A stretch of 64,000 nt of DNA from Selaginella moellendorffii (lineage: Eukaryota; Plantae; Lycopodiophyta): NCBI RefSeq assembly GCF_000143415.4, contig NW_003314296.1:1463858-1527857 (forward strand), given 5' to 3'. Positions 23,782 to 36,069 of the stretch are shown here, in pieces (position 1 is the first letter of the stretch; each line of letters starts with the position of its first letter). Under the pieces are notes generated by a model that worked only from the letters and a program-made list of their open reading frames with translations, was not told where the DNA came from and did no database searches. The position numbers and the translations under genes were made by a program.

Positions 23782-26700
23782 GGAACCTTCCTCCACATTG
23801 ACTATGAATCGCGACCCTGGCACTGACCAAGGGTCTCTCCTCGATCCAAAGTTACCATGAACACCGAGTCGCCACCATCAAACTTACTTCCTCCTGGTGG
23901 CTAGAAAAAATATATCTCCATCAGAAACTGCGACTTGGAAGAACCCAGAGAAAAAAAAAATCCAATCCCTGCACCAGCTCCCTCCCAGAGAGAAAAAAAA
24001 AAATCCAACGAAGGAACTAGCCCAGACGAGAGCCTCTACACTGGAACTCCCCCACCCGAGCTATATTATTCCTGTTTGATTCGTCGAATATCAACGTCCA
24101 AATCGTAGCTGGGCATCCAGTGCCCACGTCCCAAATCGCAATTCCCTAAACCCCCCGAGGATGTGCTGCGATTCACAGCCCCTGGCCAGCCGCTGCCACT
24201 TCGAATTGCAGGATTTCCTCCCTCTCAAACACCCCTACTCTCCCCACAAACCCTAAAAAACCTATTCTCAAACGAGGCAGCAGGGCAGAGAAGGAAATCG
24301 ATCGAAATACCTGGCCACAGCGATAGAAATCTCCCTGGCAGCAGCAGCAGCCCGTAGAATCCCAATCCCTGACTCCAATCCAAAAGCCCTAGAGGCCGCG
24401 CGTGATCCGGCGCTGGCGGATCATCCTTCTCGCAATCCAATTGGTGTCATTGCACTCCCAATGGCGCCCTGGGCGGGGAAGAAATGGTGTCGAGCGTGAG
24501 ATCGGAGGGCAGAGTGGGGGGATCTCCTCTACGGGTGGCGTCGCGGGGGGTTAGTGTAACCCCGTGCTTGCTCACACTCTGGTGTGTCTAGACCTGTAGA
24601 GGACGAGCTTCCCACACACAGGCATTCCCGGTTCGATTCCCTTGCCAAACAAGCTCGTGTTTATTTTAAATGAAAATAATAATAAAAATATTTAAGCAAT
24701 GTAATAACCTACATAATTGAAAATTCACATTTGAAATAAATATAGACTCAATCATATATATAGAACTATTATCTAGAAAGTTAAAACAGTATTTGGATTG
24801 AATGCCAATAGTAGTTATATTTTAACTTCCATGAAATTAAATGTTTTTTTTCATATTTACAAATTACCCTTAAAATTTGTCAATAGATTAAACAGCCATG
24901 CCTTACTAAATTGACTTTAAAGGGTTAAATGTGTGGGTTAATATCATGCTTCAATGCTTTTGCAAAATTATAAAGAAATTTACTTTTAAATTTAATAGAA
25001 AAGAAAAAAAAAAACTCAAACAAATAAGATTGCCCTCTAAAATCACTTGAAAAAGAATGGCTTTAAAAAAACTCAGTGGCATTAAAAAATTTATAATTTA
25101 GTAGGATTAAGTAGTGGTAATCCTTATATAGTAACATTTACAAAACCATGATCACTCAAAAGATTAAAGATGTTAAGACATGTATTATGCAATTTAATTA
25201 AATTAAAACATATGAAACAAAGATGATAGAATAGTAAAAGGTTTTGAATTTACTATAATAAAAATCTATCAAAGACAATAAAATTTTAACTAACGTTAAT
25301 TATTAAGTAAGAATTTAAGCTTGGTGGAAAAATATAAATAAAAAAAATAGAAAATTAAAAATATAGGAGAAATTTTGTTTTAATAAAATTTGACTTCCTA
25401 TACATTTTCTAAACACAATATTTTTATTTATTTGATTTATGGTGGGGACTTAACATTGTGCTAACCTTTGACTGTTCAATTTATATTATTAGCCTATAAT
25501 TTACTATAAAGGATAGTGTCAAAATCATAGGTGCATATTGAGAATATGGGAGTTAATTATAAACTCATTTGTTAAAAAATTAAATTAGGTGGAATGTTTT
25601 TATATTGTGTATTTATTTGAGAAAATAGGATGATCTACATTAAAATAAATATTAGTAATTATAATATTTAATATTTGTACAATTATGGTGTTTTCTACAA
25701 AACTCTTCTTACTCTAGTATGATTAACAACCTTAGCTTCTATAAAAAAAATTCTTATACTTTTGTTTAAAACTATAACATTTTTAGCATTTATTTTTTGT
25801 TTCATTATAGATATAAAAATCATATTATTTTAAATATATATTATTATCACACCAATTTATTTTTTTCTTGTTAACCCATTAAAATTAATGACATTATTAT
25901 ATACCTTATCCTACTCAATAAGTATAATTTCTTCTATTTCCTCATAAAGTCTCAAACAAATCATAACTGTAATAGTAATCATTTTACTTGACATTATAGT
26001 TTGCCACATAGTTTATGGTATTAAAGTGGGTATTTTCATCTCTTGCCTTAGTTGCAAGCAAATATCCATTGGTGATTCAAGACTTTATAGCATTTCTTAT
26101 AGACAACAAAATGTTTCAAGAATATCAAACATTAGTAGATATTTCTGTCTTATCTTTTAGTTTTGTTTCTTAATTGTCCTTCACAACTCAAAATAGTAAG
26201 ATGGTGATGAAAAGACATAATGCTATACTAGCTAAAGAAATAGATATAGTTTTTCCATGTATTACAATTCTTCTAGATTGAATTTGCCTCTTTAATGTTT
26301 TATTCCTCAAGTAAGAGACCACTAATAATCTTAATACAACACCATAAAAAATCTCAACTTTATAATGTGGTAAGTATGACTGTTTTATGATTGTGACTAA
26401 GGTTTTCACCTTATATTTTACCTATATGTTTAAGAAACGAATCAAGTTCTCAAACACCCAACCTCCACACCTGTAACTTAGATTTGTTCTTCATTAGAAG
26501 CTTTATTAGTATCACTGAGGAGGGGATGGTCCAAAGCTGAGTTTAGCTCATGAGCTAAAAAAAAACAAGGAAATATGATGTTAAAAAAAGATTATTTTTT
26601 TGTGAATTTAAAGTTCATAAATTTAATTATCAATGGTTTAGAGAAAAAAAAATTTAATCTATTTATGAAGAAACTTCTAATTTCTAATACAACCTTTACA

Positions 26701-26788
26701 ATAAAATATTGAGTGAGTAGTTTTTAAAATTAAAAGTTTATACAAACATATAGAATTATTACTTTTTGCATTCAAAATGTTTTAGTTA

Positions 26789-27190
26789 TGTAGCGCATCT
26801 AAATTTGGAGCTGAACTCCAAGTCTTTTGCACTACAAAACAAGGGTCTAGTACACATTCAATCCTACAAGCACCAGCTCCTTGTATCTAGCATTTGCAGC
26901 GTTTGCATTTGCAGCATTTGTATTTGCATATACCTAACCAACTAGAGCAGCGTGGAGCTTGGGCTTAGACCCAAGTTGGACGCATAATAAAAAAAGATAT
27001 AGCTCAAAGGGAGCAAAACTAATATCTTAAGTGGTCGAACACACATTTCAACCATTATCCCTACTATACATTTAAAACCCCCCAACAACTCCAAAAGTTA
27101 ATGGAAAACACACTATATGGGAAACACACCAACTTAAATGAATTATGAAACTACCTCTTATTTACATCTAAAAACATTAAGACTTAGACA
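26789..27190 (-). mobile_element. Family D LTR (probable 3' LTR of the decayed gypsy element)
   Basis: Begins TGTAGCGCATCT on the plus strand. Colinear with 41448-42090 and the reverse complement of part of 36070-37201. Confidence 0.7.
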
Positions 27191-27196
27191 CCCTCT

Positions 27197-27378
27197 GACT
27201 GTTACCGACAAGGAAATAACTAATAGAGTTAACCACTTTTGCTACTCCGAATACCATTTAGCTTACAAAGGAATGATACATCCCTTTGATTGTCACTGAC
27301 AAGGAAATAACTAACAAAGTTAACCACTTTTGCTGTTCTAAGTACTATTTGGCTTACAAAGGAATGATATATCCCTGT
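27197..27378. repeat. Two-copy tandem duplication of about 91 bp
   Basis: GACAAGGAAATAACTAA...GCTTACAAAGGAATGATA occurs twice. Confidence 0.85.
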
Positions 27379-28095
27379 CCACAGGGATATAGGAAGAGAG
27401 TTAGAGGCCCAACTCCCATGAGTAAGAAATCAACACTGTTTAAGCTCTTGAATTTGGACTTCCCGAGAGGTCACCTAGCCCAATATTATTCAAACCCATA
27501 AACAGTTAACCTTAAAAATCCCAAAACCCTTAATTGATTGGAAAAAGGGGTGCACTTTTATTCATAGGCCCTTTTCCCTTTATATTTGAACTCATGGGAC
27601 CTGTGAGACACAAAATCCCTAGGCCCCAAAGTGGAGCCGAAAGGGTGCCATGTGGTAGTGGCCGAAGTGAAAGCCAAACGAACGTAACACATTTGGACTA
27701 AAAGCTTCGACTTGAAAGGTCAAGAGCGGGAGTGGAACTCTCAACGAAGTGCTCAAGGAATAAGCATAAAGCAAGCAATAAGTGAGTCTCCAGAAAAGGA
27801 GTCCGAGATGGACCCGAGATGGAGTCCGAGATGGACCGAGATGGAGTCCAAGATGGACCCGAGATGGAGTCCGAGATGGACCCAAGATGGAATCCGAGAT
27901 AGACCCGAGATGGAGTCTGAGATGGAGCCCAAGATAGAATCTGAGATGGAGTCCGAGAAGGACCTGAGATGGAGTCTGAAGTCGAGATCGAGACCGAGAC
28001 TAGGACCGAGACCGAGACCGAGACCAGGACCGAGACCAAGATTGAGACCGAGGCCGAGGCTGAGACCAAACCCAAGCCCGAGTCCGAGTCCGAGT

Positions 28096-28351
28096 CTCGT
28101 GCTAAATATTATTCTATTTTTATTATTTTTTATAATGGAGATTCCTAGTTCATCTAACTCTTCTCACCTTATAGATATATCATCGCCATTGCCATCGCCA
28201 TCGCCCCGGCTGAGCCACGCCATCAAGAATGCCGCATTGGCGCGGGTCGAGAACAAGAACAAGCAAAGGTGAAGTTTACCTTCCTGGTCAATTTCCACGT
28301 CAAAACTGTTGTTTTGTGGCCACCAAAGACGTACTTCATTGCGAGTCCTAG
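28096..28351. other. Foreign ~250-bp insertion in the hexamer array of a family B LTR
   Basis: Absent from every other LTR copy. An AT-rich part is followed by a GC-rich gene-like stretch. Confidence 0.75.
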
Positions 28352-29745
28352 TTTGAGTCTAAGTTTGAGTTCGAGTTCGAGTCTGAGGGGGTTAAAGCCC
28401 AAAGCATTCATCTCCTAAACCCTGGGGGGTTTGGTGAGCTCCAAAAGTATAGTAGGGGGAGGACTCCAGTGGAGCCAGTTTAGCTAAGAAAGGCTAGTTT
28501 GTCCTAGGAAGGCTGTACCCAGGTGTTGGGTGATGGGATAACCACTGGGAAATCCAAAACTAGAGTGAATATAGACGGACAAGCAGGGTAGTTTGGTGAA
28601 GTGTTCAGGAGTTGACTCTAGTTCCCTCGAGAGATTGAATGGTCGATGCTCCCAGTCCAAGTGTGGGTGGCACTACCTACTTGGATACCTGGTGTGGCTC
28701 AAAGGAACCTCACTCTAAGCCCATGGCTAGAGCACCCAAAGGTGGAAGGCGGGGAGAGTACCCATGAAGCTCATGTAGGGCCATGGTATTCCAAAATATT
28801 GTCCCAAATGCTCAAACTGTGGAAAGGAAGAGGAACAGTCCTCTGTTGTAGTGACCAAGGATACAATTGGGTGGTAAAGAAGTCCCAACTCGTGGGACTT
28901 AGTGGTTAGGTTTGTGGGCCTCGATCTAGTGGTAGTGTTGGCGAACACAGCCATGGGCAGAAAGAGTCTTGGTGGGGACTGGAAAAGGGATATTGGGGAA
29001 GGCTATTCCCCATGTATGTGGGTATTCTAAGGAGGCTAAGGAGTGGATTTGGGATGATCACTCATGGACGGATGGCCCAGTTTTTGAGAGACGGGACTGT
29101 GATGTAGGTGGTGTTAGACCACCGGTGTGACCAAGGTGAAGGGGCATGGTTTTAGCGTAACAGGTTGATATGTCGGTGGTACCTTGGGGTGTTAGTCATG
29201 GGATCGGACATGTGGAGCACTTGGACCAAGTGCAATGGTTGAGGGGCTTGGATGTCATTCTTGGGGATAGCAAGTCCTTAAGTCCAAAATAGGACTTATG
29301 GAGGTTGTGAGTAAGACTCCTCCAAGTGGTCGGAAGTGTGGTTAAGTGAGTAAAGTAAAATGGAAAATTTAGTCGCTTACAACTTGGTATCGTAGTTGTT
29401 CTTTAGTTCGACTTTTATTAGTGGCCAAGTATATCACCACTTGTATTGGAATTGGAAGGTCCTAAGTATGGACCTATCCTCAAGGAGGAGCATGTCAACA
29501 AAATATGGCTCTCCACTCAAGTTCATGCATGAACTTGTGCGCAATGTGGTGGATGGAAAAGGGCCAGTAAGGGAACGATTTTGGGATCTTGGGAACAGTA
29601 TAAGGGTTTCCTCAGAGAGTTGAGGATGTGATCCAAATGAGCATTTGATGCAGCAAATGGGCTAATGTAGTTGTGGTAAATAACTATAGTCAGGATCATG
29701 GGAAAATGCAGACTCCAAAACAATAAAGGAGTCACAAGATTAACC

Positions 29746-31205
29746 TGTGAGACACAAATCCCTAAGCCCCAAAGTAGAGCCAAAAAGGCACCATGTGGTA
29801 GTGGCCGAAGCAAAAGCCAAACGAACGTAACACATTTAGACTAAAAGTTTCAACTTGAAAGGTCAAGAGCGGGAGTGGAACTCCCAACAAAGTGCTCAAG
29901 GACCAAGCATAAGGCAAGCAATAAGTGAGTTTTCAGAAAAGGAGTATGAGATGGAGTTTGAGATGGACCCGAGATGGAGTCTGAGATGGATCGAGATGGA
30001 GTCTGAGATGGACCCGAGATGGAATTCGAGATGGAGTCTGAGAAGGACCTGAGATGGAGTCCGAAGTAGAGATCGAGATCGAGACTGGGACCGAGACTGA
30101 GGCCGAGATCGAGACCGAGACCGAGGCCGAGGCCGAGACCAAGGTCGAGACCAAGCCCGAGTCCGAGTCCGAGTCTGAGTCTGAGTCCAAGTCTGAGTCT
30201 GAGTCTGAGTCCAAGTCTGAGTCCGAGTCCAAGTTCAAGTCTGAGAGGGTGAAAGCCTAAAGCATTCGTCTCCCAAACCCTGGGGGGTTTGGTGAGCTCT
30301 AAAAGTATAGTAGGGGGAGGACTCTAGTGGAGCCAGTTTGGCCAAAAAAGGCCAGTTTGGCCCAGTGTAGCGCACCTTATCTCTCTCCCCTTAAGCCAAT
30401 TGGAAAAGGGGCAATTGCTTGATGAGAGAGCCCTTAGTGGCTATTTTATCCCCATTTATCCCCCAAGGTTCCAAGGATCCACAGTGACAGTATATCCAAA
30501 TCTCATCCCATGATCACATGCGCTACACCCAGGAAGGCTGCACCCAAGTGTTGGGTGATGAGATAACCACTAGGAAGTCCAAAGCTAGAGTGAATACAGA
30601 CTGACAAGCAGGGTAGCTTAGTGAAGTGTTCAAGAGCCGGCTCTAGTTCCTCCGGGAGATCGAATGGTCGATGCTCCCAGTCTAATATGGGTGGCACTAC
30701 TTACTTGGATACCTGGCGTGGCTCAACGGAACCTCGCTCTAAGCCCATGGTTAGAGCACCCAAAGACGGAAGGTGGGGAGAGTACCCACGGGGCTCGCGT
30801 AGGGCCACGGTGTTCCGAAATGTTATCCCGAAGTCCCAAACTGTGGAAAGGAGGAGGAGCAATCCTCCAGTGTAGTGATTAAGGATACAGTCACATGATG
30901 AGGATGTCCTAGAGGACAATGGGACTTAGTGGCCGAGCCTGCGGGGCTTGATCTAGTGGCAGTGTTAGCGAATACGGCCATGGGCAGAAAGGGACTAGGT
31001 AGGGACTAACAAAGGGATATTGGGGAAGGTTGTTCCCCATGTCTGTAGGCATCCTAAGGATGCTAAGGAGTGGATTGGGGAAGACCACTCATGGATGGAT
31101 GACCCAGAGTGGATTGGACTTATAGAGGTTGTGAATGAGATTCCTCCAAGTGGTTGGAGGTGTAGTTAAGTGACTAAAGTAGAATGGAAAAATTAATCAC
31201 TTACA
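29746..31205 (+). mobile_element. Family B solo LTR nested inside its own family's internal region
   Basis: TGTGAGACA...CTTACA with a perfect TSD TAACC. The host internal sequence resumes in register at 31211. Confidence 0.9.
30366..30527. mobile_element. 162-bp mini solo LTR or MITE-like element
   Basis: 9-bp terminal inverted repeats TGTAGCGCA/TGCGCTACA and a perfect TSD CCCAG. Confidence 0.88.
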
Positions 31206-32381
31206 TAACCTTATATAGTTAAGGCTGGTGCTCATAAATTTGAGACCGGAATTAATGACTGTGGGAGGTCAAATATGGAAGAGGACACAAGTCCTTTGAA
31301 ATGGTAGTTGGGGCGACCTTTAATAAATGTTAGAATAACCCAAGGAGTTGAGGATGTACTTAAAGGATGAGTTAGTATTTTCATCACATGGACAAGTGGT
31401 CCTAAGGGGCAAAAGATTACCCTTAGAACAAATCAAGTGTTGGAGTAACACTTGCAAAGAGGGTCCTTGTGAGTAAGATTTGAATACAAGAAGTTGTATT
31501 CTAGTGAGCTGGCACCTCAAAGGTAGGACTTCATGGGTTGTCAGATTGATAAAGTCCAAAAAGCTGGATGACTCAAATAGAGTCAAAGAATAATCCTAAG
31601 AGATTGATGAAAGCATTTGGATTGAGGTGTGTTGTACCCCACGAAGGATAGGGGGATTATAGGATCAAAATATAAGAACAGAAGGTATCTCATTAATGGT
31701 AGAATGTGCCATACTAAAGTCGTGGGAAAGGTGTTCCCCAAAAGAAAGCAACTTTGGTGCAGAGTTGTGTATGAACATTATGGTGTAGTGCTAACGGATA
31801 GTTAGCATGAGAAATGACTGGGTGGGTCTTGGCAAAAGACCTAGATACAAGTGCAAAGTGTCATAAAGGTAGACTTATGGAGTTGATGGTGTAGAGACAC
31901 CAAATGTGCCAAGGTGTGATACTTTGAGGTTATGTTGATGGGTTTATGAGAACCCCTTGCCAAGGGAATCCCAATGGAATTGGGAATGGTATAGCCTAAG
32001 CTAGAAGGTATGTGGTAGAGTGTGATGACCCAGATAATGATGGAGGTGTGGAAGCACCAGCAATGAGTTGTAGAACTTGACAATTATGAGGCAACTAAGC
32101 AAGAATTGGTTAAACGAGTAGAAGGTAACATAAAGAAGTAAGATATACCTTTATTGGGGATAAATTGCTTATGTTGTGATATAGTAAATCAATATCGTAA
32201 AAAGGAAATGCTCATTGTCAAGGAGGTCATCATTGGGACACCCAAACACTCTAAAACACCAGGAAGTGGTGTTTAGTGTCACGAGGGCAATAGATAATGC
32301 CCAAAGGACTAAGTCCCTAGCGAATGATGGATAGAAGGTGTTATCCAAATGTCCAAGGTTGCAGAGACAAGAGAAGACTGT

Positions 32382-32553
32382 NNNNNNNNNNNNNNNNNNN
32401 NNNNNNNNNNNNNNNNNNNNNNNNNNNNNNNNNNNNNNNNNNNNNNNNNNNNNNNNNNNNNNNNNNNNNNNNNNNNNNNNNNNNNNNNNNNNNNNNNNNN
32501 NNNNNNNNNNNNNNNNNNNNNNNNNNNNNNNNNNNNNNNNNNNNNNNNNNNNN
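32382..32553. other. Assembly gap
   Basis: Run of N. Confidence 1.
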
Positions 32554-34131
32554 AAGAGAAGACTGTCTACTTAAATTGGACAAAGCCAAAATGGAATTGT
32601 GGCAAGGCTAGCGATGGGCATATAAAAACCCATAAGTAGCAACGTTAATCTCGGTGTGTGGGATTATAAGTTGAGCATACATGGATTGAGGAACCACTCC
32701 CTAGGCTATAGGGTAAGTTCATCCCTAAGAATACTTACTACAGCATAATAGAAAGTGCAAAGCTATCCTCCTAATTGAGAGGAGAATAACCGAAGGAAAT
32801 GTGTGAGGCCAAAAACAAGTAGTAAGGGGATAGAATCAAACCATAGGAATTGAATTGCATAACCAAGGGTGGTTATGCCAGTTAGGAATGGAGAATCAAA
32901 TGGGTGCTCAAGCATATTGTTACTAGCAACCGTGATGCCATGGAGAGTTTAAAGTATGGAATTGTTCATGTTATACCATATGGCAATTTAAAAGCTTGCG
33001 AAAGGAAAGACCTTAGCAAGATAAGGGATAGAGAGTTCCTTCAAAGGTTCCCAAAGACACTTTTAGGTAATTTAGTACCTAGAAAGCTAAATGTAAATGG
33101 TTCATAAAATGCGTAAAATCAGAGTAGCGTAGCAGAAGCGTGGCTTTGAAGTTTACCATAACGCAATGTTATTAAGGTTGGGGAAGTAGTTCTCAAGTGC
33201 TCAAAGGGATGGCTTTGAATGAAAGTCGATGGTCGAGGGCTTTCCTGCTTGTGCATGAAACCATGTTATATTGGTCGGATGATTTGATAAGTGAGATTGG
33301 CAAGTCATGGGAACAAATACCCTAGTTGAAGGTGCTAACTTCAAAGGGGTGGCCCATGGGGTCAAGCATAGAGGAGTCCATGCATGGTCACAAATTTGTC
33401 AAGTGAGAGGATTTGGTAGTGTGAAGGAATTAGGTTCCTAACCTGTGATCTGTAGCGCGCTTTAAGTATAAGTTGGTGCACCGGTGTAGGGAGTCACGCC
33501 AGGCATCCTAGGCGATGCCATCTATAGATGCATATACGGAGGTTGGGTTCGAGTCCCAACCCTCTAGCGCTTGGGTTTGAGTCCTAAATCACTAGGGTGT
33601 GGTGATGGTTTGGAATATGAGGACACTCATTTTTCGGTGGTTATGGACTCTCAGTGAGGAGACTGGTTTGGGCACACCACCAAGCGAGGGATGCCTCGGA
33701 GTCGTGATGCACGGTTAGATTGCTTAGTGCAAAAGTTCGACATATCTAACTTGAACGTTTTGGTGCAAATGGCACCAAGGACGTGGTGAGTGAGATGGGG
33801 ACACTTAATCTTAGTTGCTATGAACCCTTGGCCGTAAGGGTTGGCTTGGGTGCACCGCCAAATGTGGGGGATGCCCCCGAGGTCATGGTCAACAACTTGA
33901 AGGTCTAGAAGACCAAGTACTTCTTGGCAACTTTGTTAAGGTGCCAAGGTGAGATCACTAGGTGATCTTGTGACTAAATAAAGATAAGGTCCTTGGTTGG
34001 CTAAGGAATGAAGTTCTTGGTTCAAAGTGTTGATTTGAACTGTTTATGATGGTGTGGTTTGGTCAAGATGACCAAGTGGGAAGAGCACCTAAGGGAAATC
34101 AGTTGTGTCCATGCGATAGCATAGTGAGTCC

Positions 34132-34444
34132 NNNNNNNNNNNNNNNNNNNNNNNNNNNNNNNNNNNNNNNNNNNNNNNNNNNNNNNNNNNNNNNNNNNNN
34201 NNNNNNNNNNNNNNNNNNNNNNNNNNNNNNNNNNNNNNNNNNNNNNNNNNNNNNNNNNNNNNNNNNNNNNNNNNNNNNNNNNNNNNNNNNNNNNNNNNNN
34301 NNNNNNNNNNNNNNNNNNNNNNNNNNNNNNNNNNNNNNNNNNNNNNNNNNNNNNNNNNNNNNNNNNNNNNNNNNNNNNNNNNNNNNNNNNNNNNNNNNNN
34401 NNNNNNNNNNNNNNNNNNNNNNNNNNNNNNNNNNNNNNNNNNNN
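34132..34444. other. Assembly gap
   Basis: Run of N. Confidence 1.
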
Positions 34445-36069
34445 GAGTGCACAATCAAGGATAGGAGCAAAAAGCTATTGGCTAAGAAAAGAGTCATGGG
34501 AATTATGGGAAAGAATCCAAAAGGCAAGGTTAGGCTAAGAACACTAATGTGTTGGGTGTTAACGAATTGTGGGAAAGGCAATGTTATTGCACGGATGGAT
34601 TCCCGATTCTTCCGATTTGGCAAAAGCGGAAGCTCCAAGGCAAAGAGCGGTAAGGTAGCCAAATAATAGAACCCTAACACAAATTATGATAATTGAAACT
34701 TAGTGCCCAAGGTGGCACAAAATAGAAGAGAGGATGATAGTGCCCTTAAGTAGAGAACTTCCTAGGATGGGGAAGTGGAGTTACACAATATGTGCAATGC
34801 AAGGTGTCGGAGACACCTAGGAAATTGATTTCAAGAAGTCAAAAGTAAAAGTTCTAAAGTGCAAAAGTTATATCGATGGAAACTGAGACTACTCGAAAAG
34901 GAGTAATGGGATTGAGATAGAGATGGTGTCTCTAACAGATTTAACAAGAACTAAACCAATAAAAGGAGAAAACCACTACAAGTCATCCAATCAGTCTTTA
35001 AGTTGGAGAGACTATCCTCCTTAGAGGATGGGTAAGACATGGTGAGCCTTCGATATCAAACCATTGACGAATATTGGTGAAGTGCCAAGAATGGAAAGGG
35101 TAATACATGTTGGTATTATTTTATAAAATAGTTTATCGTTTGATGACGACATCGAACTTCGTCTATGGGTGGTGGAGTTGTGAGACACAAAATCCCTAGG
35201 CCCTAAAGTGGAGTCGAAAGGGTGCCACGTGGTAGTGGCCGAAGCGAAAGCCAAACGAACGTAATACCTTTGAACTAAAAGCTTTGACTTGAAAGGTTGA
35301 GAGTGGGAGTGGAACTCCCAACAAAGTGCTTGAGGAACAAGCACAAAGCAAGCAATAAGTGAGTTTCTAGAAAAGGAGTCCGAGATGGAGTCCGAGATGG
35401 ACCCGAGATGGAGTCTGAGATGGACCTGAGATGGACCCGAGATGGAGCCCGAGATAGACCTGAGATGGAGTCCGAGATGGACCTAAGATGGAGTCCAAGA
35501 TGGAGCTCGAGATGGAATTCCGAGAAGGACTTAAGATGAAGTCTGAAGTCGAGATCGAGACCGAGACCGGGACTGAGACCGAGACCAAGGCCGGGACTGA
35601 GACCGAGACCGAGATCGAGACCGAGCCCAAGCCCAAGTCTGAGTCTGAGTCCAAGTCCAAGTCCGAGTCCGAGTCCGAGTTCGAGTTCGAGTCTGAGTTC
35701 GAGTTCGAGTTTGAGTCTGAGGGGGTGAAAGCCCAAAGCATTTGTCTCCCAGACCCTGGGGGGTTTGGTGAGCTCCAAAAGTATAGTAGGGGGAGGACTT
35801 TAGTGGAGTCAGTTTGGCCAGGAAAGGCCAGTTTGTCCCAGGAAGGCTGTACCCAGGTGTTGGGTGATGGGATAACCACTGGGAAATCCAAAACTAGAGT
35901 GAATATAGACGGACAAGCAGGGTAGTTTGGTGAAGTGTTCAGGAGTTGACTCTAGTTCCCTCGAGAGATTGAATGGTCGATGCTCCCAGTCCAAGTGTGG
36001 GTGGCACTACCTACTTGGATACCTGGTGTGGCTCAACGAAGCCTCGCTCTAAGCCCATGGCTAAAGCAC

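Noticed and set aside
24140-24260. Telomerase RNA template (CCCTAAACCC, AAACCCTAA)
   Set aside because: No USE/TATA Pol III promoter was seen. These fit ordinary telo-boxes in a gene leader.
24575-24650. Intact tRNA gene around GGTTCGATTCC
   Set aside because: No cloverleaf: the T-stem and acceptor stem do not pair. Kept only as a structured-element candidate.
32324-34680. ORFs containing X runs
   Set aside because: Artefacts of translating assembly gaps.
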